NCBI GenBank assembly: GCA_004379115.1
Contig: NBNH01000208.1
Span: 4,939-68,938 of the forward strand
DNA: 64,000 bases
From: Actinomycetales bacterium mxb001
GTDB taxonomy: Bacteria > Actinomycetota > Actinomycetes > S36-B12
Direction of reading: 5' to 3'
Numbering within the stretch: the stretch's first letter is position 1; every line of letters begins with the position of its first letter. Under the pieces are notes generated by a model. It did no database searches and was not told the origin of the DNA. It saw only the letters and a program-made list of their open reading frames with translations. Made by a program: the position numbers and the translations under genes. Below are positions 43,592 through 51,780 of the stretch, in pieces.

Positions 43592-44915
43592 CCGCGTTGT
43601 CCTTCTTCGCGCTCGGATCGGCGGTCGTCTCTTCCGGTGCGACCGGCTTGACGCCGACTGCCTTGCGCATGATCTTGCGACACGGCTCCTCGACGATGCG
43701 CCACATCAGCCAGGCGACGACGAAGGCGCCGGCGATACCGACGATCCACGCGATGCCGAAGAGGATGCCACCCTCGATGCCGAGCGCGTTCATGCCGGCG
43801 CGCCAGACGCCGAACCACACCAGGTGGGTCATGTAGAGCGAATACGACACGACACCGCCGAGGATGAGGGTGTCGGTGGAGAGCCACTTGGCCTGTCCGC
43901 GTCGCGACAGGGCCAGCGCGCCGATCCACACGATGAGCAGTGGCACCAGCCAGAGGTGGAAGAACGGCGGGAGCGGCTCGGCCTCGGGGTCGTTCAGCGT
44001 GATCGGCGACTGCGCGACGCTCCACCGACCGAGGAAGACGGCGCCCACGATGATCAGCACGGGCATGGCCACCGAGACGGTCGTGGCCAGTCGCTCGACG
44101 CGAGGTTTCGGGTCGGTGGCACCGGGGGGAATGCAGCGCATGACGATCAGGTAGGTGATCGCGCCGGCGGTGAACTCCGAGAGCACGCGGATGACCGAGC
44201 CCCACAGCTGCGTGTAATAGGGGTCGGTGGTCAGGCTGCCACGAACGAGTAGCGGCAGAAGCGACACGAACCACGCGACGATGAGCACCGGGGTCGACAC
44301 GCGCTTGTGCAGGAAGAAGAGCACGAGCACGAGCAGCGGGAAGATGAGGTAGGCCAGCCACTCCATCGACAGCGACCACGCGACGACGTTCCATCCGCGC
44401 TCCGGATGAGGGCCCCACTCCTGGATGAGCAGGACGTTGCGGATGTAGTCGATCGGGTTGAGCCACGGGCGCTCGCGATCCTCGCCGGTGATGATGCCCT
44501 GGGCGATGATGGCGAGACCGGCGACATTGAGCATGACGAAGTGCACCGGGTAGATGCGAGCCAGTCGCAGCCACCAGAACTCGAGCGTGGCTCCCGCGGC
44601 GAGTCGAGGTCCCATCTTCGTGATGTAGGTGTGGGCGAGAATGAAGCCCGACAGCGCGAAGAACAGGTCGACACCGAGGCGCCCGACGCGGATGACGTCG
44701 CTGATGACCGGGATCGCCATCACGCCCATGATCGTGAGGGGTCCCTGGAGGTGGTAGAGGAGCACCCAGAAGGCGGCCACGAAGCGAATGCCCGTGAGCT
44801 GGCGAATGAACACAGCCACGTTGTCTGTCGCTCCCTCCGTCGATCGCCGCCATCGTCGCATGCGCGAGCCCTCACTAGGCTCCCCCCGTGGGCGACACGA
44901 GGGCTGATCGGTCAC
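43578..44915 (-). CDS. Acyltransferase family 3 (OafA/NolL-like) integral membrane protein
   Basis: About 445 aa. The motif LTGIRFVAAFWVLLYHL is present, with about 10 TM helices. The start is uncertain: 44915 overlaps the nudC start region, and the ATG at 44861 is an alternative. The 3' end overlaps adnB by 14 bp (convergent). Confidence 0.8.
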   Translation of the reverse strand: MTDQPSCRPRGEPSEGSRMRRWRRSTEGATDNVAVFIRQLTGIRFVAAFWVLLYHLQGPLTIMGVMAIPVISDVIRVGRLGVDLFFALSGFILAHTYITKMGPRLAAGATLEFWWLRLARIYPVHFVMLNVAGLAIIAQGIITGEDRERPWLNPIDYIRNVLLIQEWGPHPERGWNVVAWSLSMEWLAYLIFPLLVLVLFFLHKRVSTPVLIVAWFVSLLPLLVRGSLTTDPYYTQLWGSVIRVLSEFTAGAITYLIVMRCIPPGATDPKPRVERLATTVSVAMPVLIIVGAVFLGRWSVAQSPITLNDPEAEPLPPFFHLWLVPLLIVWIGALALSRRGQAKWLSTDTLILGGVVSYSLYMTHLVWFGVWRAGMNALGIEGGILFGIAWIVGIAGAFVVAWLMWRIVEEPCRKIMRKAVGVKPVAPEETTADPSAKKDNAVTDR

Positions 44916-45820
44916 TGCTGGCCGACCTCTCCCTGGCCCGCAGCACCCTGGACCGTGTGGCCGAGCGCCGCGGAGACACCGAGTGGGTTGCCGCCCGCTG
45001 GGCTGATCCCCGCTCGCGCGTCATCGCGGTCCACGAAGGCCAGGCCCCGGTCGAGATCGACGGCGCAGGACGTCCGACGCTGCGATGGGTCTCACCACTC
45101 GACGTCGGCGGCTCCGAGGCGGCTCTCCTCGGACTCGACGAAGACGGGACGGCGTACTTCTGTGCCCGCGTCGATGATCATGCGGTTGCACCCGGGCCAT
45201 GGTCCGGCCTGCGCGAGGTCGGTGCCGATCTCGGTGCCCGCGACGTCGGCCTCCTGGTTGCCGCGGTCGCGCTCGACAATTGGCACGCGGCGCATCCGAG
45301 CTGCTCTCGTTGTGGTGCACCCACGCGCATGTCGTCGGCGGGGTGGGTGCGCGTCTGCGAGCACGATGGCAGCGAGCACTACCCGCGCACGGATCCAGCT
45401 GTCATCGTCCTCGTCATCGATCAGGATGACCGGGCCCTACTCGGCCGCCAGGGTCGGTGGCAGCCCTCGTGGTTCTCGACCCTCGCCGGGTTCGTCGAGC
45501 CCGGTGAATCCGCCGAGGCAGCGGTGCGGCGCGAGGTCTTCGAGGAGTCCGGCGTGCGTGTCGACGAGATGGTCTATCTCGGCAGCCAGCCCTGGCCGTT
45601 TCCGTGCTCGCTCATGCTGGGCTATCACGCGTGGGCGACCACGACGGATGTGCAGGTCGACGGCGAGGAGATCGTCGAGGCCCGGTGGTTCAGTCGCGAT
45701 GACCTCGTCGCGGCCTGCGAGTCGCGCGAGGTGGCGCTGCCGCCGGCGGTATCGATCGCCCGACGGCTGATCGAGCGGTGGTACGGCGAACCGCTGAAGG
45801 GCGACTGGATCCGGCCCTAG
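44888..45820 (+). CDS. nudC: NAD(+) diphosphatase (NADH pyrophosphatase, Nudix with zinc ribbon)
   Basis: 310 aa. The zinc ribbon is CSRCGAPTRMSSAGWVRVCEHDGSEHYPR. The Nudix box is GFVEPGESAEAAVRREVFEESGV, and SQPWPFP is present. Confidence 0.85.
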   Translation: MGDTRADRSLLADLSLARSTLDRVAERRGDTEWVAARWADPRSRVIAVHEGQAPVEIDGAGRPTLRWVSPLDVGGSEAALLGLDEDGTAYFCARVDDHAVAPGPWSGLREVGADLGARDVGLLVAAVALDNWHAAHPSCSRCGAPTRMSSAGWVRVCEHDGSEHYPRTDPAVIVLVIDQDDRALLGRQGRWQPSWFSTLAGFVEPGESAEAAVRREVFEESGVRVDEMVYLGSQPWPFPCSLMLGYHAWATTTDVQVDGEEIVEARWFSRDDLVAACESREVALPPAVSIARRLIERWYGEPLKGDWIRP

Positions 45821-46062
45821 ACGCCGAGCTTCTCCTTGACCTTGCCCAGCGACGGGTTGGTCATGGCCGTGCCGTCGGGAAACACGACGGTCGGCACGGT
45901 CTGGTTGCCCCCGTTGACGCTCTCGACGAACGCGGCTGCCTCGGGATCGAGTTCGATGTCGACCTCGGCCACCTCGATGCCCTCGCGAGCCAGCTGGGCC
46001 TTCAGGCGCATGCAGAAGCCGCACCACTGGGTTGTGTACATGGTCAGGGCTGGATTGCTCAC
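45817..46062 (-). CDS. Mycoredoxin (glutaredoxin-like, mycothiol-dependent)
   Basis: A GTG at 46062 is preceded by GAGAGGA. The protein is VSNPALTMYTTQWCGFCMRLKAQLAREGI...NGGNQTVPTVVFPDGTAMTNPS, with a CGFC active site. The remaining upstream part of ORF 45817-47106 is antisense to uvrD2. Confidence 0.85.
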   Translation of the reverse strand: MSNPALTMYTTQWCGFCMRLKAQLAREGIEVAEVDIELDPEAAAFVESVNGGNQTVPTVVFPDGTAMTNPSLGKVKEKLGV

Positions 46063-46094
46063 GGTGTCATCCTCTCGCGGGTGGCCTGATCCGC

Positions 46095-46123
46095 CAACGT
46101 CAGACCCGGGTGCGACCATTCCC
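46095..46123 (-). promoter_or_regulatory. Weak candidate SigH/SigR-type promoter for the mycoredoxin gene
   Basis: On the minus strand, GGGAAT (46123-46118) is followed by 19 nt and then GTTG (46098-46095). That is 32 nt upstream of the GTG at 46062. The spacer is 1 nt longer than the GGAAT-N18-GTT consensus as I remember it. Confidence 0.25.
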
Positions 46124-46125
46124 GC
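46098..46125 (+). promoter_or_regulatory. Candidate DNA-damage (RecA-NDp / PafBC-type) promoter of uvrD2, implying a leaderless mRNA
   Basis: CGTCAGACCC lies at 46098-46107, then 18 nt, then the GTG at 46126. GACCAT occupies -12..-7. The 10-mer and spacing are the same as upstream of adnA. Confidence 0.4.
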
Positions 46126-48171
46126 GTGGACGACCCCCTGGAGGCCCTCGACCCCGAGCAGCGGGCCGTCGCCGAATCCCTCGAGGGGCCGGTCGTCGTC
46201 TGGGCGGGTGCCGGCACCGGCAAGACTCGCGCCGTCACGCATCGCATCGCCCATGCCGTGCAGGTGGGTGCGCACGATCCCCGACGCAGCCTGGCGGTCA
46301 CGTTCACCACGCGCGCGGCAGGGGAGATGCGCGAGCGGTTGCGCATCCTCGGTGTCGACGGTGTCCAGGTCCGCACCTTCCACTCGGCGGCACTGCGTCA
46401 GTTGCGCCACTTCTGGCCGCGCGTCGTCGGCGGTGCCCCGCCCGAACTCGTGGGTCGGGCGGCGCCCCTCGTCGCCGAGGCCGCCTCGCGATGCCGGCTG
46501 CCCAGCGACCCCGCGGTGGTGCGCGACCTGGCGGCCGAGATCGCGTGGGCCAAGCAGATGGAGATCTCCGCCGAGCGCTACCCGGAGGCGGCACTGCTGC
46601 GCACTCCGCCGGTGTCGCTGGCCGACACCGCTCGCGCCTATGCGGCCTACGACGAGATCAAGTCCGAGCGCGGGCTCATCGACTTCGACGATGTCCTGCT
46701 CATGACCGTCGGCGCCCTGGCCGAGCGTCCTGATATCGCTGACGAGGTGCGTGCGGCCTACCGCTGGTTCACCGTCGATGAGTTCCAAGACGTGAGCCCG
46801 GTCCAAAGCCGCCTGCTCGACCTGTGGCTCGGTGATCGCGACGACGTCTGCGTCGTCGGCGACGCGGCCCAGACCATCTACTCGTTCGCGGGAGCCAACG
46901 ACCGCTTTCTGCGCGACTTCCCGGCGCGCTTCCCCGGAGCCGCGCAGGTCCGTCTCTACCGCACCTATCGCAGCACCGAGCAGATCGTCACCCTGTCCAA
47001 CCGCGTGCTGGCAGCGGGCGCGGGTGAAGGCGGCCTGTCGTCCCAGGTCGGTGCCGGGCCCGAGCCGATCGTGGAGTCCTTCGACGATGAGGTGGCCGAG
47101 GCACACGCCGTTGCCGAGCGCATCGAACGGCTCATGGCGGAGGGCCTCTCGCCCCGCGACATCGCCGTGCTCGTGCGCATCAACGGCCAGATGCCCGCCT
47201 TCGAAGAGGCCCTCGCCGAGCGCGGTATTCCCGTGGTGCTGCGCGGGGGCGAGCGATTCTTCGATCGCGGGGAGGTGCGCGAGGCACTCACCCGCTTGCG
47301 CGGAGCCGCGCGCACCAACGGCACCGAGCCGGCTGCATCCGGAGTGGCCAGCGTGCTCAGTGTCATGGGCTACTCGTCCGAGCCGCCGCGGAGCACCGGT
47401 GCGGTGCGCGAGCGCTGGGAGTCCCTGTCCGCGCTGGTGGCGCTTGCCGAATCACTGGCTCCCGACGCCGACCTCGCGACGTTCGTCATCGAGTTGGACC
47501 GCCGCGCCGACGCTCAGCACGCACCCGTGGCCGACGGGGTCGTCCTCGCCACGATCCATGCGGCCAAGGGCCTGGAGTGGGAGGCCGTCGTCGTCGCGGG
47601 ACTGGCCGAGGGGTCGCTGCCCCACGCGCAGGCGCTGGCCGAGGAGGGCCTGGCCGAGGAGCGCCGGCTCTTCTACGTCGCGATCACGCGCGCGCGCCGC
47701 CATCTCGTCCTCACCTGGTCGCGATCACGTCACCCCGGGGGTCGAGGTCAGCGGCAGCGCAGTCGTTTCCTCGATGAAGCCCAGGCCACGGTCGCGGGGC
47801 CTGCTGGCGCCGCGAGCGTGTCGCGCGGTGCCGGCCGGGCACGCCGATCCGACCGGCGGGGTCCCGCGTCCTGTCGAGTGTGCGGTCGCGCGCTCGTCAC
47901 CGGGGCCGAGCGTGCACGTATGCGCTGCCGCACGTGCCCGACCACGGCGCAGGAGTCGCTCATCGACGAACTGAAGGCCTGGCGCCTCCAACGTGCCCGT
48001 GAGCGCGAGGTGCCCGCCTACGTCGTGTTCACCGATGCGACCCTCGACGCGCTTGCCGAGTCCATGCCCAGCGATATCGACGGCCTGCTGGCGATCAGTG
48101 GCATCGGCCCCGACAAGGCCGGTCGCTACGGCGATCAGATCCTGGAGTTACTCGACCAGCATCGCGCCTAG
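46126..48171 (+). CDS. uvrD2: ATP-dependent DNA helicase UvrD2 (UvrD core, tetracysteine module, C-terminal HRDC domain)
   Basis: 681 aa. Motifs present: VWAGAGTGKTRAV, FTVDEFQDVSP, TIHAAKGLEWEAV. The Cys4 module is CRVCGRALVTGAERARMRCRTCP. The HRDC-like tail is LKAWRLQRAREREVPAYVVFTDATLDALAE. Confidence 0.9.
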   Translation: MDDPLEALDPEQRAVAESLEGPVVVWAGAGTGKTRAVTHRIAHAVQVGAHDPRRSLAVTFTTRAAGEMRERLRILGVDGVQVRTFHSAALRQLRHFWPRVVGGAPPELVGRAAPLVAEAASRCRLPSDPAVVRDLAAEIAWAKQMEISAERYPEAALLRTPPVSLADTARAYAAYDEIKSERGLIDFDDVLLMTVGALAERPDIADEVRAAYRWFTVDEFQDVSPVQSRLLDLWLGDRDDVCVVGDAAQTIYSFAGANDRFLRDFPARFPGAAQVRLYRTYRSTEQIVTLSNRVLAAGAGEGGLSSQVGAGPEPIVESFDDEVAEAHAVAERIERLMAEGLSPRDIAVLVRINGQMPAFEEALAERGIPVVLRGGERFFDRGEVREALTRLRGAARTNGTEPAASGVASVLSVMGYSSEPPRSTGAVRERWESLSALVALAESLAPDADLATFVIELDRRADAQHAPVADGVVLATIHAAKGLEWEAVVVAGLAEGSLPHAQALAEEGLAEERRLFYVAITRARRHLVLTWSRSRHPGGRGQRQRSRFLDEAQATVAGPAGAASVSRGAGRARRSDRRGPASCRVCGRALVTGAERARMRCRTCPTTAQESLIDELKAWRLQRAREREVPAYVVFTDATLDALAESMPSDIDGLLAISGIGPDKAGRYGDQILELLDQHRA

Positions 48172-49211
48172 GAGCCGGTGGCTGGCCACCGGCAACCGCA
48201 CAGCGGATGCGCCGGGGACTCCTCGCGGGTCACGCTGCCGCCCGGCAGGGCGATGACGAGCCGTGCACCCACGCTGGGTGGTGCCGCCGCCGGCCAGCCC
48301 GCGGGCCAGCGCATCGATCCTTCGCGGTCGGTGCTGTCGACCCAGGCGAAGACCTGCAGTGCGGTCCAAGCGGCAGCGGCTGCGGTCAGGGATGAATCCC
48401 GTGGTGTCACCGCGGGGCGCCGATGCTGCAACTGCACGGCGATCCTCGGCCACGCGGGATCGCGATCACCCCGATGCAGGTCGAGGCACCGCAGGCATCC
48501 GGTGAGTCCGGGAATCACGAAGGGTCCGATGGTGGCGCGCGCACCGCGCACGCAGACGGGCAGGTGCGGCACATCGAGGGCGAGTGCATCGGGGTCGGCT
48601 GCCACATCGGGATGTGCCACATCGCACAGCACGTGGCAGGCGCGCTCGGCGCTCGCGCGCCGCGACCGCCGAGACGAGGAGCTCAGCCGGCGTTCGCGCA
48701 CGATGTTGCCGACACCGCCCTGTGTCAGGGCCGCGGCCACCGCCTCGGCGACGTCACCGTCGCCGTGAATGGCTACGCACGCGCGAAGCCGACGATCGAG
48801 GGCGCGTGCCGCGAGCTCGGCCGAGCCCAGCGTGATGCGCGCCGCGGCTAGATCCGGGGCCAGGCGCAGGCGTAGGTGGGGCGTGGAGTCGCGCAGGGTC
48901 TCGGGCAGCACGGCGGCGTCGTCGACGGCACCGGTCGGACCGAGTGCTCGCAGGAGTCGCAGGGCCGCGCCCCGAGCGATGCCGTCCGACTCCGCGGCGC
49001 TCAGTGCCTGTTCGAGCGTGCGGTCGCCCTGCAGCGAGGCTGCCCAGGCGATGACGGAGTGATCGAGGTCGTCGATGAGCACGCGGCGGTCGTCATCGCC
49101 GACCTGCACGGTGGTGTCGTCGCGCCAGACCAGGGGCATGTCGTCGCGCAACCAGGGACGTTGGGGGAGCGAGGGAGTAGGCACAGCGGCACTGTGCCAG
49201 CGAACGTGCAC
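48168..49211 (-). CDS. ThiF/E1-like family protein with a degenerate nucleotide-binding region (tentative)
   Basis: 347 aa. A Rossmann-like stretch VAIHGDGDVAEAVAAALTQGGVGNIV is followed by RERRLSSSSRRSRR instead of the usual acidic beta-2 end. The later motif GPFVIPGLTGCLRCLDL is typical of E1-like proteins. The start could also be the ATG at 49139. Confidence 0.4.
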   Translation of the reverse strand: MHVRWHSAAVPTPSLPQRPWLRDDMPLVWRDDTTVQVGDDDRRVLIDDLDHSVIAWAASLQGDRTLEQALSAAESDGIARGAALRLLRALGPTGAVDDAAVLPETLRDSTPHLRLRLAPDLAAARITLGSAELAARALDRRLRACVAIHGDGDVAEAVAAALTQGGVGNIVRERRLSSSSRRSRRASAERACHVLCDVAHPDVAADPDALALDVPHLPVCVRGARATIGPFVIPGLTGCLRCLDLHRGDRDPAWPRIAVQLQHRRPAVTPRDSSLTAAAAAWTALQVFAWVDSTDREGSMRWPAGWPAAAPPSVGARLVIALPGGSVTREESPAHPLCGCRWPATGS

Positions 49212-49258
49212 TCGGCGTCCGCGTCATCCACAGGCCGGACGGTCCGGTGGGTCCGCTG

Positions 49259-50509
49259 CTAGTCGGCCACCCCGCAGTAGGCCATGGCGAAGGCGGCGAT
49301 CGTGCGCGCGCAGGTGACGGTGTCGGTGATGGACACCCACTCGTCGGGCGCATGGGCCGCCGCGCTGTCGCCGGGCCCGAACTGCACGGTGGGAATGCCC
49401 GCGCCCACGAGCAAGCGCAGGTCGGATCCGTAGGGGCCGCCGTAGACGCCCGGTGCGCGGCCACCGACCTGCTCGACGGCCGCGGCCAGGAGTTCGACGA
49501 CGGGATGCTGCGGGTCGGTGCGACCGGACGCGAACTGGCCGCCCCACCACTCGACCTCGATCGGGTGCTCGGCGAGCCACGGGTCGGCAGCGCACAGCCG
49601 AGCCAGCGAATCCTCGAGGTCGGCGCGTGCCTGATCGGGTGTCTCGCCGAGGGCGACGCCGAGGCGCCCCTCGGCGATGAGCAGGTCGGGCACCGTCGAC
49701 GCCCAGTCGCCACTGCGCACCATGCCGATGGACAGCGGATAGGCGAGGGGCCAGCGCTGCATGAGCGGGTCGACGTCCTGATTGCGCTGGGCTTCGAGGC
49801 GCTCAAGGTGTTGAAGCACCGGAACGAACGTCGCGATCGCGCTGACCCCCTCGGTCCTGCGTGACGCATGCGTGGCAAGACCGCGTACGCGAAGGCGGAA
49901 TGTCAGTGCGCCGCCGTTGGCGGGGATGAGGTCGAGGTTGGTGGGCTCGGGGATGATGCAGGCATCGGCACGCACTCCGCGTTCGATGAGGGCATAAGTG
50001 CCTAGGCCGCCGTCCTCCTCGCCCGACACCGCCGCGAGCAGGATGTCGCCGCGCAGACGCACGCCGGCGTCTCGGAGGGCGCGTACGGCGAACCACATGG
50101 CAGCGGTCCCGGCCTTCATGTCACAGCTGCCGCGCCCGATGAGTCGGTCGCCGTCGATGCGGGGGGTGAAGGGATCGGTGGACCAGGCGGCACGGTCGCC
50201 GGGTGGTACGACGTCGGTGTGCCCGAGGAGCAGCAGGGTGGGTCCGTCGCCGGTGCCCGGCCAGCGGGCCAGCACACCGCGTGCCTGGGTGCGCTCGACC
50301 TCCATGCCGGGAAAGTCCGAGCGGGTGCGCAGGTCGGCGACGTCGATGTCCCAGGCCTGGACGTCGAGGCCGTCAGCCCGCCACGCGTCGGCGAGGAGAT
50401 CCTGCACCGCGATCTCGGCGGGGTCGCCCCCCATCGACGGCAGGGCCACTAAACGCTCGACGGCGTCGACAAGCCCAGGGCTGTCGACGCCGTCGATGAC
50501 GTCTGTCAA
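49259..50509 (-). CDS. M20 family metallo-hydrolase (ArgE/DapE-type deacylase)
   Basis: Motifs present: LLLLGHTDVVPPG, GRGSCDMKAG, SGEEDGGLG. I placed the start at TTG 50509 because the ORF-track N-terminus overlaps the upstream DUF5679 gene. The start is uncertain. Confidence 0.8.
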   Translation of the reverse strand: MTDVIDGVDSPGLVDAVERLVALPSMGGDPAEIAVQDLLADAWRADGLDVQAWDIDVADLRTRSDFPGMEVERTQARGVLARWPGTGDGPTLLLLGHTDVVPPGDRAAWSTDPFTPRIDGDRLIGRGSCDMKAGTAAMWFAVRALRDAGVRLRGDILLAAVSGEEDGGLGTYALIERGVRADACIIPEPTNLDLIPANGGALTFRLRVRGLATHASRRTEGVSAIATFVPVLQHLERLEAQRNQDVDPLMQRWPLAYPLSIGMVRSGDWASTVPDLLIAEGRLGVALGETPDQARADLEDSLARLCAADPWLAEHPIEVEWWGGQFASGRTDPQHPVVELLAAAVEQVGGRAPGVYGGPYGSDLRLLVGAGIPTVQFGPGDSAAAHAPDEWVSITDTVTCARTIAAFAMAYCGVAD

Positions 50510-50544
50510 GCCGCGCGGAGCATTCTCCGTGCGGGGGTGCTGCG

Positions 50545-50700
50545 TCAGGCCTTGCCCAGGATGCGGGTCACCTTGGTGCCGCAGACGGGGCACACGCCCT
50601 TGGCGAAGCGCCGTCCGTTGGTCTCCTCGACATTGCCGGTGAACGCGCGCTTCTCCTTGCACTTCACGCAGTACGCCTCACCCGTGTACGACTCGGCCAT
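50545..50700 (-). CDS. DUF5679-like zinc-ribbon small protein (51 aa)
   Basis: The ATG at 50700 is preceded by GAGGAGGA. The protein is MAESYTGEAYCVKCKEKRAFTGNVEETNGRRFAKGVCPVCGTKVTRILGKA, with two CxxC pairs. Confidence 0.75.
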   Translation of the reverse strand: MAESYTGEAYCVKCKEKRAFTGNVEETNGRRFAKGVCPVCGTKVTRILGKA

Positions 50701-50888
50701 GGCCGTCCTCCTCGTCTCGCTGTGGAGCTGGTGAGGCGTCGCCTCACGCAGGGCGCCGGGCCGAGACGCATGCGCGCCCTGGTCCGGGGGTCCGAGGGGA
50801 GGTCCCCTCCTCACGGTCCGCCGCCACCCTAGGGCAGCCATGGGGGCGACGGGGGGACGGGGAAGCGGCCTGTGAGCGTGTCGTGGGC

Positions 50889-50926
50889 GATTTAGTCCTT
50901 ATTGTCGGATTTTTGACCGTCCATAG
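50889..50926. other. AT-rich island inside a 513-bp noncoding region
   Basis: The sequence GATTTAGTCCTTATTGTCGGATTTTTGACCGTCCATA is flanked by sequence with much higher G+C. It is the most AT-rich stretch I noticed in the window. Confidence 0.6.
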
Positions 50927-51078
50927 GGCGCTGGAGCGGGGGCGGACAGAAGAGCGCCCCCGGGTCGCAGAGCGGCCGTGCGCCTTCCCCTCGCGCACGC
51001 ACGCCCGTTATCCCGGGGGCTGAGCGCGACGCTAGGGGGAGCGTCGAGGAAGCGTCAACGATGCCTGTGGACGCTGCT

Positions 51079-51119
51079 GGGGACAGCGTGGGGACAGGCC
51101 GGGGCGTCGCGGGGGACAG
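51079..51119. repeat. Three phased GGGGACAG octamers (offsets 11 and 22 nt)
   Basis: The octamers lie at 51079-51086, 51090-51097 and 51112-51119. The first sits in a hairpin, ACGCTG-CTGGGGA-CAGCGT (51071-51089). All lie in the noncoding region downstream of the NUDIX gene. Confidence 0.6.
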
Positions 51120-51213
51120 CCCGTGGATGACCTGGGGATGGCGGACTTTCTTGGGCGCCCGACCGGCTTCTGACGTGCGACAACGCTGTACACCCCCTGT
51201 GGAGCAAAGAAAG

Positions 51214-51780
51214 TCAGCGCCCGGTGCGCTCGAGGGCGGCGGCCACGAGGGCGCGCACCGACGCGTCCGTGTCCTCCGGCAGGGTCGTCCACGGCCACCA
51301 GCGCAGGTCGAGCGACTCGTGCGTGCGCACCTCGCGCGCATAGGCGGGCGCTACCGCGAGGAACTGCACGTCGAGATGGTCGAGTGTCGTCGCCTCGCCG
51401 TCGTCCGCTCGACACCGCACGGCGTGCCGATCCAGACGCAGTGGCATCGCATCGATGCTCAGGTTGTCGATGCCGCTTTCCTCGGCAGCTTCGCGCGCGG
51501 CAGCAGCGACGAGGTCGGTGTCGCCTGGTTCGCAGTGACCACCGGTTTGCAGCCAGCGACCGACAATCGGATGGAGGGTGAGCAGCACCGACTCCCGCGA
51601 CGTGTCGATGATGAGTGTGCTCGCGGTGATGTGTCCGGCCCGGCATTCGCGCAGCACAGCGTCGGGGTAGCCGTCCAGGTGCGCGATGTACTGCGCGCGC
51701 AGGACGTCCTGGGATTCATCGGGTGCCGCCCACGTGCTCAGCAGATGTCGGGCGTCGGCATGCAGGCCGGATGGACTCAC
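51214..51780 (-). CDS. NUDIX hydrolase
   Basis: The GTG at 51780 overlaps the upstream gene stop (GTGA). The Nudix box is GGHCEPGDTDLVAAAAREAAEESGI. The upstream part of ORF 51214-52365 is in a different context (antisense-like, Arg-rich). Confidence 0.8.
   Translation of the reverse strand: MSPSGLHADARHLLSTWAAPDESQDVLRAQYIAHLDGYPDAVLRECRAGHITASTLIIDTSRESVLLTLHPIVGRWLQTGGHCEPGDTDLVAAAAREAAEESGIDNLSIDAMPLRLDRHAVRCRADDGEATTLDHLDVQFLAVAPAYAREVRTHESLDLRWWPWTTLPEDTDASVRALVAAALERTGR

Noticed and set aside
46063-47106. N-terminal 348 aa of ORF 45817-47106 (minus), which would make a 429-aa mycoredoxin fusion.
   Set aside because: Only the last 81 aa are glutaredoxin-like, with their own GTG and SD at 46062. 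The rest is antisense to uvrD2, which has Walker A and UvrD motifs.
50701-51213. A search for a hidden whiB7-like gene, or any small CDS, in the long spacer. This included the 10-codon ORF ATG GAC GGT CAA AAA TCC GAC AAT AAG GAC TAA on the minus strand (50892-50924).
   Set aside because: No frame shows the four-Cys WhiB pattern, GVWGG or an AT-hook. The 10-codon ORF lacks an obvious SD and may just reflect AT-rich promoter DNA. It is kept only as part of the noncoding-region finding.
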